Shown here: piece by piece, positions 1-50,557 of the stretch
How positions within the stretch are numbered: the stretch's first letter is position 1
Layout: the number at the start of each line of letters is the position of its first letter
Assembly: GCA_038087875.1 (NCBI GenBank)
Contig: CM075999.1
Location: 560,001-624,000 of the forward strand
DNA: 64,000 bases
DNA from: Malacoraja senta
Lineage: Eukaryota
Reading direction: 5' to 3'
Notes under the pieces: model-generated
Seen by the model: the letters and a program-made list of their open reading frames with translations, nothing else
Database searches by the model: none
What the model was told of the DNA's origin: nothing
Made by a program: the position numbers and the translations under genes

Positions 1-9
1 CAATTTCAG

Positions 10-37708
<37,699 letters not shown>

Positions 37709-37770
37709 TAGTTCTGGCACTTGAAAGTTAATTTTTCGAATATGATCATGTTATATTTAAGAATGTATGT

Positions 37771-37776
37771 AATAAA
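37771..37776 (+). terminator. candidate polyadenylation signal (others at 38137, 38823, 38925)
   Basis: AATAAA 63 nt after the stop; the 3' UTR is AT-rich, so the site actually used is unknown. Confidence 0.35.
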
Positions 37777-39918
37777 AGTTTGTTGCAACAAATATGCAAA
37801 CAAAGATGTTTTATATATTTATGAGTAAATCACCTTGAACAGCAACCTATTGTATGCCAAAGATTGTATTCTTCCTTGAGTTTGTTCTGAGAATCTAATG
37901 CCTGTCTCTTGTGCATATACATCCACTTCTTTCCTGAAAAAAAAAATAGAAACAATTTTAGAACTTTTTTCAAAAAGTGCAAATGTCTTTCATCCTTCAC
38001 AGTATCAAATATAAATGATTTACTGTTGTTTAATTTGATTAGCCAAGGGATGCTATTTATGTATCAACTCGGTCTACTGATTTGATTACACATAAGTAAG
38101 GAGAATATTTAATACATTTCTTGTAGTTATAAAGGCAATAAAGTTTGTATATTGAAATGAACCTGTCTACAAAAGTAATTTTTGTAATTAGAAAATGGTT
38201 TAAATTTCATCTCATATTTCCACTTTTCACCAGCTTCACAGAAGTATTAGTGCCACTGTCAACCCAGGTCAGTCGATTCCACTTTGTCTCTTGCTCATTA
38301 CCTTCACCTCAGGCTTGGTCCCACCACCACCAATAACCTAGCTACCAGCCAAAGGAATTCATCAGGTCCCATCTGGCTGGTGCCCACAATTCATCCATTT
38401 TATATCAATGAGGCTCAATGCTGAATCGACCTCACCCCTCACACAGCTTATGGATTCTTCATCAATTCGATGATCAGTTTGGGTATTAAATTCTGTTTCC
38501 CAATGTGCCCATACAAAGGAACAGGCACATTAAACATGTATTTGTTGACAACATTCTAATGAAAAGGCATCCACTTTTTAAAATCTTCAAATAATCTGCA
38601 CTTCATTTTCTCATATATCTGCATTTTAATGTAAAGATTATGTCTGTGACTCCATTGTTGCATTATATATTTATAACAAATTGGAGGGATGATTCTGAAG
38701 TTTATTGTTGCCCTTAGAGAAGTACTCAAAATAAATACACTCAAAAAAATGGGCATAACGTTTTAAATTACAGAATCAGCCCTCAGAAAATCAAAAGTGT
38801 GTTAGTTTTGAAAATCTAATAGAATAAATAATTTTACATAGCTGCTATGTATCATAGTTTTATAATTATTAATTTAATATAGTGTTTTACTTTATTATGT
38901 GAACATGGTGAGATTTCCTAATCCAATAAAAGACATCCATGTTTTAATGGTTGAGTAGACCATCGTTTTTTAAAATATGTTAACACAAAATTATTTGGTT
39001 CAAAGATTCAAAGATTCTTTTCGATGTTGTGAAAGTAACAATTATTGTCTTGTATAAAGACATTCCAGCTGTTTGCTTTCACATTATAAATGGAATATTG
39101 AGGGTTAAAAAATACAATGTAGCAGGATCAGTAGGATATAACCCAGTAAAATGAAAAATACATTTACAATACTTAAACACACAAAACTTATACTTTAATT
39201 CATACATGAGCAAATAATATTAGTTAAGACACATATATCACATTGAGTAGAAAATAGCTCCTGAGCCTTCTGCAGAAGTGAGGCATCAAGGTATGCAAAA
39301 CAAAGTGTAAACACTAAAAATAAAAAGCAGCAGAAACTCTGCAGGTCAGGCAGCACCTGTGGAGGGAATGAACAGATGATTTTTCAGGTTGAGTCTCTTC
39401 CTCAGGCTAATTGTAGTGGGGAGAAAGTTGAAAAAGGGAGGTTGGGGTGGGGCAAAGCCTGGCAAGTGATCTGTAGATATGGCGGAGGGAGGGGTGATTG
39501 GTAGATGGGTGGAGTAAGTGACAAAAGGATGTCAGATAAAAAAAAGAGGAAAAGTGCAATGTAAAACTGGAGGGAGTGATAAGGGAGAGAGGGGAAAGAG
39601 AAAATAAAAGGAAAATATGGGCCTCAGAGAAGGAAGGTGAATGTACAAAGGATCAAGGTGACTGGGGTGGTAGGAGATGGTTGGAGAAATGTGTAAACAC
39701 AGGTTGTATCTGTCCAATCCATTCTTCAAGACTGCTTATTAAATTTCTCCATTGCATTGTTAATGATCCAGACACAAAATGAGAACCCATAGGAAAGAAG
39801 GTCCCTGTGTTTTTAAGAGGGCAAGAGTCACTCTCTTGGAGAGTTTGGTGCAGGGTCTGTAAGTGAATGTTACATGGTGTGAGGAGTCCAGGGGGGATCT
39901 GAGTAAAGTTTAACAATA

Positions 39919-40012
39919 CAGGGCTGCCAACTCTCACGCATTGAGCGTGAGACTCACGCATTTCGCCAAATTCTCACGCTCTCACGCTGATCACAAATTT
40001 CTCACGCTCTGA
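39919..40012. mobile_element. probable hAT left end with CTCACGC subterminal repeats
   Basis: CAGGGCTGCCAAC terminus plus 5-6 ctcacgc motifs; no right end found. Confidence 0.4.
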
Positions 40013-40043
40013 CAACATTGTCTATGGGGTGGCTTGCAAGTAA

Positions 40044-40451
40044 AGGGCCTGTCCCACGGGCATGCGACTCCATGTGGCAAGCGCGACCTAACCGGAAGTG
40101 GGGGCCATGCGGGGGCCGCGCGGAGGTCGCGGGGCCGGTCCCACTTCGATCGCCGGAGCCGTATGGAGTTGTGCAGAGCTGGTCCCGACATCACAGGGGG
40201 CTCCGAAAAACTGACACTGTTCAAAAATTCCGCGTGGCAACGGCCTGCCGGCCCGCAGCCACATCGAGGTCGTGCGCGCTGCATCGACGGCCGTGCGCAC
40301 CACCTCGACGCCAGACGCAGCCACCTCGAGGCCGTGCGCACCGCCTCAACGCCGTGCGCACCGTCTTGACGTCACTTGACCTCCGCGCGGCCCCCACTTC
40401 CGGTTAGGTCGCGCTTGCCGCATGGAGTCGCATGCCCGTGGGACAGGCCCT
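40044..40451. mobile_element. PIF/Harbinger-type MITE
   Basis: ~60-bp TIR AGGGCCTGTCCCACGGGCATGCGACTCC; TAA TSD. Confidence 0.85.
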
Positions 40452-41200
40452 TAAGACTGAATCGCAGGGGACTATGACCACCAAGGCCACTTTATCAAAG
40501 AGAGATGAGGGAATGCTGTGTGCTCTATTTCACAGAGATATGGCTCTTCCCCTGCTCCCTAGATACAGCCCTCCAGCTCAACACAGGCACTGGGAAAAGG
40601 TAGAGGCGAAGGCTTCTGCCTCATGGTAAACTCTTGGTAGTGCTCAGACTTAGTGGTCCTGTCCAACTCCTGCTCTCTGCACCTGGAACCTGCACCTGAA
40701 GTGCCGTTTCTTCTACTTCCAGAGGAAATTCACCTTCATCATGGTGACTGGTCTACATCCCACTCCAGGCAGGATTGCAGTTTGTCTAGCACTGGAGGCG
40801 CTGGATGCCATATTCACCAAACACCAGACGGTGTACCCCAATACTTTTCCTATCTTCGCTGGGAAATTCAACAAGGCTAGCTTGAAGAAATAATTTCCAA
40901 ACTGCCACCAGCATGTGTCCTGCAGCACCACAGGATCAAACACGTCCACCCATTATTATTCCAGCATCAAAGATGCCTATCGCTCCGTCCTTCACCCTTA
41001 CTTTGAGACATCCGACTACCTGACTGTGCTCCTTCTTCATGCATATAGGTAATGACTGAAGAGCGCAGCCCCAGCAGTGAGACAATACAGAGTTGGACAT
41101 AGGTGGAAGAGGAACGGCTCTGGGATTTCTTGGAGTCGGTAGACTGTGCAACGTTAAAGGACTTGGCTAAGGACCTGAACGAATATGCCACAGTTGTTAC

Positions 41201-44200
41201 TGGGTTGCACTTGAACCTGAGGGGGACCGATATCCTAACGGGGAGATCTGCAAAGGCTACTGGGGAGACTTTAAACTAGAATGGTTGGGGGGAGGGACTC
41301 AAATAGAGAAAGCTATTAGACAGTGTGTGAGGCAGGAGGCAGAGAAGGAAAGCACTCAGACCCAACATGTAGGGGGGAAAGAAGAAAACAATAATAAACA
41401 GAGAATAAGAGGTGGTGGGTTCTTAAATGGGTGAGCAGAGAAACAGAGGGGTGTAAAATGCGGGTGGAAGCAATAGGTAGCAAGGTGAAAAGTGAAAGTG
41501 GCAGGCAGACAAATCCAGGGCAAAAATCAAAAAGGGCCACTTTTCAACATAATTGTATAAGGGGTAAGAGCGTTGTAAAAACAATCCTGAAGGCTTTGTG
41601 TCTCAATGCAAGGAACATTCGTAATAAGGTGGATGAGTTGAACGTGCAGATAGCTATTAATGATTATGATATAGTTGGGATCACGGAGACATGGCTCTAG
41701 GGTGACCAAGGCTGGGAGCTGAACAACCAGGGATATTCAATATTCAGGAGGGATAGAGAGAAAGGAAAAGGAGGTGGGGTAGCGTTGCTGGTTAGAGAGG
41801 AGATTAACGCAGTGGAAAGGAAGGACATTAGCTTGCAGGATGTGGAATCGGTATGGGTAGAGCTGCGAAACACTAAGGGGCAGAAAACGCTGGTGGGTGT
41901 TGTGTACAGGCCACCTAGCAGTAGTAGTGAAGTTGGGGATGGCATCAAACAGGAAATTAGAAATGCGTGCAACAAAGGCAAAACAGTTATAATGGGTGAC
42001 TTCAATCTACATATAGATTGGGTGAATCAAATTGGCAGGGGTGCTGAGCAAGATGATTTCTTGGAATGTATGCGGGATAGTTATCTAAACCAACATGTAG
42101 AGGAACCAACGAGAGAGCAGGCTATTCTAGACTGGGTATTGAGTAATGAGGAAGGGTTAGTTAGCAGTCTTGTTGTGCGTGCCCCCTTGGGCAAGAGTGA
42201 CCATAATATGGTTGAGTTCTTCATTAGGATGGAGAGTGACATTGTTAATTCAGAAACAACGGTTCTGAACTGAAAGAAAGGTAACTTTGAGGGTATGAGA
42301 CGTAAATTGGCCAAGATTGACTGGCAATTAGTTCTAAAAGGGTTGACGGTGGATATGCAATGGAAGGCATTTAAAGACTGCATGGATGAACTACAAAAAT
42401 TGTTCATCCCAGTTTGGCAAAAGAAGAAATCAGGGAAGGTAGTGCATCCGTGGATAACAAGGGAAATCAGGGATAGTATCAAAACAAAAGAGGAAGCCTA
42501 CAAATTAGCCAGAACAAGCAGCCTACCAGAGGACTGGGAGAAATTCAGAGTCCAGCAGAGGAGGACAAAAGGCTTAATTAGGAAAGGGAAAATAGATTAT
42601 GAAAGAAAACTGGCAGGGAACTTAAAAACTGACTTCAAAAGTTTTTATAGATATGTGAAGAGAAAGAGATTAGTTAAAACAAATGTAGGTCCCTTGCAGT
42701 CAGAAACAGGTGAATTGACCATGGGGAACAAGGATATGGCGGACCAATTGAATAACTACTTTGGTTCCGTGTTCACTAAGGAAGACATAAATAATCTGCC
42801 GGAAATAGCAGGGGGCCGCGGGTCAAAGGAGATGGAGGAACTGAGTGAAATCCAGGTTAGTCAGGAAGTGGTGTTGGGTAAATTGAATGGATTAAAGGCC
42901 GATAAATCACCAGGGCCAGATAGGCTGCATCCCAGAGTACTTAAGGAAGTAGCTCCAGAAATAGTGGATGCATTAGTGATAATTTTTCAAAACTCTTTAG
43001 ATTCAGGAGTAGTTCCTGAGGATTGGAGGGTAGCAAACGTAACCCCACTTTTTAAGAAGGGAGGGAGAGAGAAAATGGGAAATTACAGACCAGTTAAGGC
43101 TCTGTCTTACCTGTTTGCGGTCATCGGCGGTGAAGCGCGGCGTCGCCGGTAGCGAGGACCGCGCGGCAACGGCGAGAGCGTCGAGCCTATCCACCGGAGT
43201 GCCGCACGGATGCTGCGCGGGGGCCGAGTTAATTCAAACACGGCGGGTCCCACGTGCTTGCGGTAAGTTAAAAAAGGGCGGGCCGACTGCGATGACGTCG
43301 GCCCGCCGCACGTGACTCACCAGCGGCGGCTGTGGCGGCAGCCATCCTGATCGCAGCGCTGTAGCGGTGGCTGTGCCTGCGGCCGTGCAGCACACGTGCT
43401 TCACTGGCGGCGGCACGTGCGTCACTGGCGGAGGCTGTGGCAGTGGAGGTTTGACGCACGGCGCTCGAGCCATACTGGCGGCGGCCCGTGCGAGCGGCCG
43501 TGCCGCACTTGTGCATCACTGGTGGAGGTTGTGCGGTGAGTATTTAGTTTTGAACATTGTCCATTTTATTTTAGCACCGCGCGGTGTTGGGAACACCACC
43601 GCACGGCCCGGGAATTGTACTTTCTCACGAGTGCGCGGTCTATGGCGGCAGATTCCTCCCGTTTCGCCGCCATAGACCGCAGACTCGTGAGACAGGCCTT
43701 TTAGTCTAACATCGGTAGTGGGGAAACTGCTAGAGTCAGTTATTAAAGATGGGATAGCAGCACATTTGGAAAGTGGTGAAATCATTGGACAAAGTCAGCA
43801 TGGATTTACGAAAGGTAAATCGTGTCTGACGAACATTAGAGAATTTTTCGAGGATGTAACTAGTAGAGTGGATAGGGGAGAATCAGTGGATGTGTTGTAT
43901 CTGGACTTTCAGAAGGCTTTCGACTAGGTACCACATAAGAGATTAGTATACAAACTTAAAGCAAATGGTATTGGGGGTTCAGTATTGATGTGGATAGAGA
44001 ACTGGCTGGCAAACAGGAAGCAAAGAGTAGGAGTAAACGGGTCCTTTTCACAATGGCAGGCAGTGACTAGTGGGGTACCGCAAGGCTCAGTGCAGGGACC
44101 CCAGCTATTTACAATTTATATTAATGAACTGGATGAGGGAATTGAAGGCAACATCTCCATGTTTGCGGATGACACTAAGCTGGGGGGCAGTGTTAGCTGT

Positions 44201-45098
44201 GAGGAGGATGCTAGGAGACTGCAAGGTGACTTGGATAGGTTGGGTGAGTGGGCAAATGTTTGGCAGATGCAGTATAATGTGGATAAATGTGAGGTTATCC
44301 ACTTTGGTGGCAAAAACAGGAAAGTAGACTATTATGTAAATGGTGGCCGATTAGGAAATGGGGAGATGCAGCGAGACATGGGTGTCATGGTACACCAGTC
44401 ATTGAAAGTAGGCATGCAGGTGCAGCAGGCAGTGAAGAAAGCGAATGGTATGTTAGCTTTCATAGCAAAAGGATTTGAGTATAGGAGCAGGGAGGTTCTA
44501 CTGCAGTTGTACAGGGTCTTGGTGAGACCACACCTGGAGTATTGCGTACAGTTTTGGTCTCCAAATCTGAGGAAGGACATTATAGCCATAGAGGGAGTGC
44601 AGAGAAGGTTCACCAGACTGATTCCTGGGATGTCAGGACTTTCATATGAAGAAAGACTGGATAGACTTGGCTTATACTCGCTAGAATTTAGGAGATTGAG
44701 AGGAGATCTTATAGAAACGTACAAATTTCTTATGGGGTTGGACAGGCTAGATGCAGGAAGATTGTTCCCGATGTTGGGGAAGTCCAAGACAAGGGGTCAC
44801 AGCTTAAGAATAAGGGGGAAATCCTTTAAGACCGAGATGAGGAAAAACTTTTTCACACAGAGAGTGGTGAATCTCTGGAACTCTCTGCCACAGAGGGTAG
44901 TTGAGGCCAGTTCATTGGCTATATTTAAGAGGGAGTTAGATGTGGCCCTTGTGGCTAAAGGGATCAGGGGGTATGGAGAGAAGGCAGGTACGGGATACTG
45001 AGTTGGATGATCAGCCATGATCATATTGAATGGCGGTGCAGGCTCGAAGGGCCGAATGGCCTACTCCTGCACCTATTTTCTATGTATCTATGTATCTA
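41201..45098 (+). mobile_element. near full-length CR1/HER1-like LINE ORF2 (APE endonuclease + RT), inactivated
   Basis: LNARNIRNK, GITETW, GDFN, SDH, LDFQKAFD, GVPQGS, FADD; stops at 41698, 42271, 43925; (tctatgta)n tail; TSD tgttac. Confidence 0.95.
43097..43700. mobile_element. PIF/Harbinger-type MITE inserted in the CR1 ORF2
   Basis: interrupts YRPV|SLTS; TTA TSD; imperfect TIR. Confidence 0.82.
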
Positions 45099-46219
45099 TG
45101 TTACCAACATCATAAGGAAATGTTTGGAGGAGAGTGTTCCCATGAATACCATTACGTATTCCCCAACCAGAAGCCTCGGATGAACCAGGAGGTCCTCAGA
45201 AGATTACGATATCAGATCTTGGGCTTTCAAGACCGATACTGCAAGTTCATAAGAGGTTCAGGTACAACCTCAATCAGGATTTTAAAAAAGGCTAAAAGGG
45301 ATTTCTGCTCTAAATTGGAAGATGAGCCTGTTCGGCAGCTGTGGCAGGGCTTATGCGCCATAAATTCCTACAAAACAAAACTAATTTGCCTACCGCCACA
45401 ATAGATCAACTGTGGAAGTGATCTCGCTGGCACTCAACTCTGCACTGGACCACTTGGACAATAAATACACATATGGCAGGCTGTTGTTCATGGACTGCAG
45501 CTCGACCTTCAACACCATCATCCCCTTCCAATTTGTTACCAACCTCAGGGAACTTGGTCTCTGTGCAACTGGATCCTGAACTTCCTCATCAACAGAACAC
45601 AATCGGTACAAATTGGCAACGACACTTCCTCCTCGATAACCATCAGCACAGGGGGCACAGCAAGGCTGTGTGCTCATTCCCCTGCTTTATTCACTCTATA
45701 ACCATGACTGCGTAGCCAGACACACTTCCAACTCCATCTTTAAATTTGCGATGACACCACCATTGTTGGACAAATTACGAATAATGATGAGTCAGAGTAT
45801 CGGAGGGAGGTCGATTGTCTGATTGAATGGTGACGTAACAACAATCTTGCTCTTAACATCAGTTAAGGAGTTGACTGGTGACTTTAGAAGAGGAAGGCTG
45901 AGGATCCACAAACATGTCTTCATCAATGAGTTGGCAGTGGAGATATTCAGCAACTTCAAGTTCCTAGGTCAGCATATCTCTGAAGGTCTGTCATGGACCC
46001 AGCACATTGATACAGTCATAAAGACAAGCTAATCAACACCTCTAGTTGGTTAGAAGTTTGAGTAGATTGGGTATTTTGACATCACATTTATTCTTCTCAG
46101 ACAAGTGAGGAATTCAGTGCCAAAAGGTTTATAGAACTGTTAAGTTAAAGGTGTCCGTCAAACATTCTGGAGAATATTTAAAATATCTCACCATGAGCAT
46201 CCCTACCTCATTATATTTG

Positions 46220-46490
46220 TTTAGAGATGCAGCATGGAAACAGGCCCTTCGGCCCACAAGTCCACACCGACTATCAATCAGGCGTTCACACTCGTTTTAT
46301 GTTATCCCACCTTTGCATCCACTTACACACACCAGGGGCAATCGCACAGAGGCTAATTAACCTATAAACCCACATATCTTTGGGATTTAGGAGGAAATCG
46401 GACAGAGAAAATGGTCAAAGAGAGAACATGCAAGATCCACACAGACATCCAAGGTCAGAATTGAACCCGGGTCTCTGGAACTGTGAGGCA
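46220..46490 (-). mobile_element. HE1-like (V-SINE) SINE, interrupted; its head resumes at 55444-55465
   Basis: ggaaacaggcccttcggccc tail and tRNA-like head, as in the copies at 50330-50557 and 56600-56880. Confidence 0.7.
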
Positions 46491-46815
46491 GAGGGCCGGA
46501 TTTACGTATAAGCCTGATAAGCTTAAGCTTAGGGCCTCGAGATCTAGGGGGGCCTCGCAGAGCCGGATTTACCACTAGGCTTCATAGGCTGAAGCCTAGG
46601 GCCTCGAAATCTACGCGGCCTCCGGCCAAGGCTGGACACCAGCCGCTTAACTCTGGGCGGGCCCCCCTCTCTATCCCTCTCTCTCTCTGTCTGTCAATCT
46701 CTGTCTCCGCCCACCATCCGTATCCATGTCCGGGCCGCCGGGTCTCCGCTCTCCGCTCGCTCCTCATCCGCCGACACGGCAGGCCGCCTTCCACATGCGT
46801 ACTGCTTCGGCCAGC

Positions 46816-48640
46816 ACATAGAAACATAGAAACATAGAAAATAGGTGCAGGAGGAGGCCATTCGGCCCTTCAAGCCAGCACCGCCATTCATTGTGATCAT
46901 GGCTGATCGTCCCGTATCAATAACCCGTGCCTACCTTCTCCCCATATCCCTTGACTCCACTAGCCCCTAAAGGTCTATCTAACTCTCTCTTAAATCCATC
47001 CAGTGATTTGGCCTCCACTGCCCTATGTGGCAGGGAATTCCATAAATTCACAACTCTCTGGGTGAAAACATTTTTTTCCCACCTCAGTCTTAAATGCCCT
47101 CCCCTTTATTCTAAGACTGTGGCCCCTGGTTCTGGACTCGCCCAACATTGGGAACATTTTTCCTGCATCTAGCTTGTCCAGTCCTTTTATAATTTTATAT
47201 GTTTCTATAAGATGCCCCCTCATCCTTCTAAACTCCAGTGAATACAAGCCTAGTTTTTTTCAATCTTTCCTCATATGACAGTCCCACCATCCCAGGGATC
47301 AATCTCGTGAACCTACGATGCACTGCCTCAATCACAAGGATGTCCTTCCTCAAATTAGGAGACCAAAACTGTACACAATACTCCAGACGTGGTCTCACCA
47401 GAGCCCTATACAACTGCAGAAGAACCTCTTTACTCCCATATTGAAATCCTCTTGTTATGAAGGCCAACATTCCATTAGCTTTCTTCACTGCCTGCTGTAC
47501 CTGCACGCCAACTTTCAGTGACCGGTGCACAAGGACACCCAGGTCTCGCTGTAACTCCCCCTTACCTAACCTAACCCCATTGAGATAATAATCTGCCCCT
47601 TTGTTTTTGCCGCCAAAGTGGATAACCTCACATTTATCTATATTATACTGCATCTGCCACGCATCTGCCCACTCACTCAACCTGTCCAGGGCACCCTGCA
47701 AACTCCTAACATCCTCTTCACAGTTCACACTGCCACCCAGCTTTGTGTCATCCGCAAACTTGCTAGTGTTGCTCCTAATTCCCTCTTCCAAATCATTAAT
47801 ATATATGGTAAACAGTTGCGGCCCCAACACCGAGTCTTGCGGCACTCCACTCACCACTGCCTGCCATTCTGAAAAGGACCCGTTCACTCCTACTCTTTGC
47901 TTCCGGTCTGCCAACCAATTTTCTATCCATGTCAACACCCTACCCCCAATACCATGTGCTCTAATTTTAGTCACCAGTCTCCCGTGCAGGACCTTATCAA
48001 AGGCTTTCTGAAAGTCTAGATACACTACATCCACTGTCACCCCTTCATCCATTTTACTTGTCACATCCTCAAAAAATTCCAGAAGATTAGTCAAGCATGA
48101 TTTCCCTTTCATAAATCCATGTTGACTTGGACTAATCCTTTTACTGCTATCCAAATGCCCCATTATTACCTCTTTAATAATTGACTCCAGCATCTTTCCC
48201 ACCACCGAAGTCAGGCTAACTGGTCTGTAATTCCCCGTTTTCTCTCTCGTTCCTTTCTTGAAAAGTGGGATAACATTAGCTATCCTCCAATCCACAGGAA
48301 CTGATCCTGAATCTATTGAACATTGGAAAATGATCACCAATGCATCCACTATTTCTAGAGCCACCTCCCTGAGGACCCTGGGATGCAGACCATCAGGCCC
48401 AGGGGATTTATCATCCTTCAGTCCCATTAACCTACCCAATACTATTTCTCGCCTAATGAACATTTCTTTCAGTTCCTCTACCCCTTTAGATCCTCTGTCC
48501 TCCAGTACATCTGGGGGATTGTTTGTGTCTTCCTTAGTGAAGACAGATCCGAAGTACCTATTCAACTCTTCTGCCATTTCCTTATTGCCCATAATAATTT
48601 CACCCGTGTCTGCCTTCAAGGGACCCACATTTGACTTTGC
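46816..48640 (-). mobile_element. 5'-truncated CR1/HER1-like LINE (RT)
   Basis: 475-aa ORF with an RT domain; (acatagaa)n tail. Confidence 0.95.
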
Positions 48641-49642
48641 TCTCAAGGGACCCACATTTGACTTTGTTTCTCCCCCATCCTCCCCCCTTCACATGCGCAC
48701 AACCACAGCCAGCACATCATCGGCCGCCCTGCACATGCGCACTGCCACGGCAACTGGTCGGCGCCGGGCACTTTCTCCCTCGCTTTGAATTGTGGGAGAT
48801 CAGGCCGCCATTGCTGTCCGGTCGCCGCCTCGCCGCGACCGCTGAAAACCAACGCAGAATCACTCCCTGATCCTGGATCTGGAGTAACTCCCTGGAGTAA
48901 CTCTTGCTTCTTGTTTCCTGGTCCTCCATAAATATTCTAAATGGAATTTAAACTGGAGGTGGTGGAGGGCTGAACAATAACAGCCTATTGCATTTTATCT
49001 GTTTATTTATTGTGTATATATATGGTCTATGGTATATAAACACACTGAACTTTTATCTCCTGTTCTGTATTATGTTTACATATTCTGTTGTGGTGCATCA
49101 AGCAAGAATTTCATTGTCCTATCTGGGACACATGACAATAAAACTCTCTTGACTCTTGACTTGGACTTAAGCAAAAAAGGGTTCTTGGGGAAACAAAAGG
49201 TACCTTAAATTTAGTTTTGTCTGGTTGGGTAACTATGGTAGGGTGAAGACTATTCCATGCTTTAATTGTGCAGGGGAACTCCATGGAGCAGCCAGCAACT
49301 CTGGCTAGAAGAAATTGGGTGACATTTCAGGTAGAGACCCTTCTTTAGACTCCCTCTGGTTTTAGTGTTTTTAGTTTAATTTAAAGATACAGCGTGGAAA
49401 CAGGCCCTTCGGCCCACCGAGTCCACGCCGACCACCGATCACCAGTACACTAGTTCTATCCCACACATTAGCGGAGTAAGTCAAGAGTCAAGAGTGTTTT
49501 ATTCTCTCACGTCCCAGTTAGAACAATGAAATCCTTACTTGCAGCACTACAACAGAATATGTAAACATAGTACTCTGTAAACAATGTTATAAACGAGAAA
49601 ACAAAACGGTGTATATTTATATATGAATATATAACTATATAA

Positions 49643-49814
<172 letters not shown>

Positions 49815-50329
49815 CCCACACACACACACCCACACACACACACAATTTGCCTCCTGGGATTAATAAGGTTCTATCGTATAGTATCGTGTGTGTAGGAAGG
49901 AACTGCAGATGCTGGTTTAAACTGAAGATAGACACAAAAAGCTGGAGTAACTCAACAGGTCAGACAGAATCTCTGGACAAAAGGAAAATATAACTTTTTG
50001 GGTTGGGTCTGAAATAGGTTCCTGCACACCTTTGGAATGTGGAAGGAAACAAGAGCACCCGGAGAAAACCCATGCGATCAAAGGGAAAAGGAGCAAACTC
50101 TATACAGAGCACCCATATTCAGGATCAATTCCGGATCTCTGGCACTTTTAGGCAGCAACTTTATGGCCAATGTACTGCCCCATAGTCTTGAACTTAATTA
50201 AAACATAGAGTAGCTGTAAAGGGGGACATAGCGTCACTTGGAGATTTAAAACTGAAAATTGATATTTTCATTTTTTTAGTAACCAAAGTTATCAACGTAT
50301 AATTTTTTGTGTGTTGCAAAACAAAATAT

Positions 50330-50557
50330 AGTGGCACAAATGGTAGACTTGCTGCCTCACACGCCAGAGATCTGTGCTCAATCCTGTCCTCGGGCACTGT
50401 CTTTGTTGAATTTGCACATTCTCCCTGCAAGCGTGTGGGTTTCCTCCCACATCCCAAAGACGTATTTGCTTTGTAGGTTAACTTGTCTCTGTAAAATTGC
50501 CCCTAATGTGTAGGGAGTGGGTGAGGAAAGTGGGATAACACAACTTGTGCGAATGGG
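50330..50557 (+). mobile_element. HE1-like SINE, 3'-truncated by Penelope
   Basis: tRNA-like head and V-domain (tttgcacattctcc..gtgggtttcctcccacatcccaaagac). Confidence 0.7.

Larger units (their letters stand above)
40650..46080 (+). mobile_element. decayed Rex1/Babar-like LINE split by a CR1 insertion (40650-41200 and 45099-46080)
   Basis: EN remnants (AG.FNKASLKK, HQHVSC, IKDAYRS); RT remnants ([25 protein letters not shown]). Confidence 0.7.

Noticed and set aside
50330..50400. tRNA gene
   Set aside because: Degenerate tRNA-derived SINE head followed by a SINE body.
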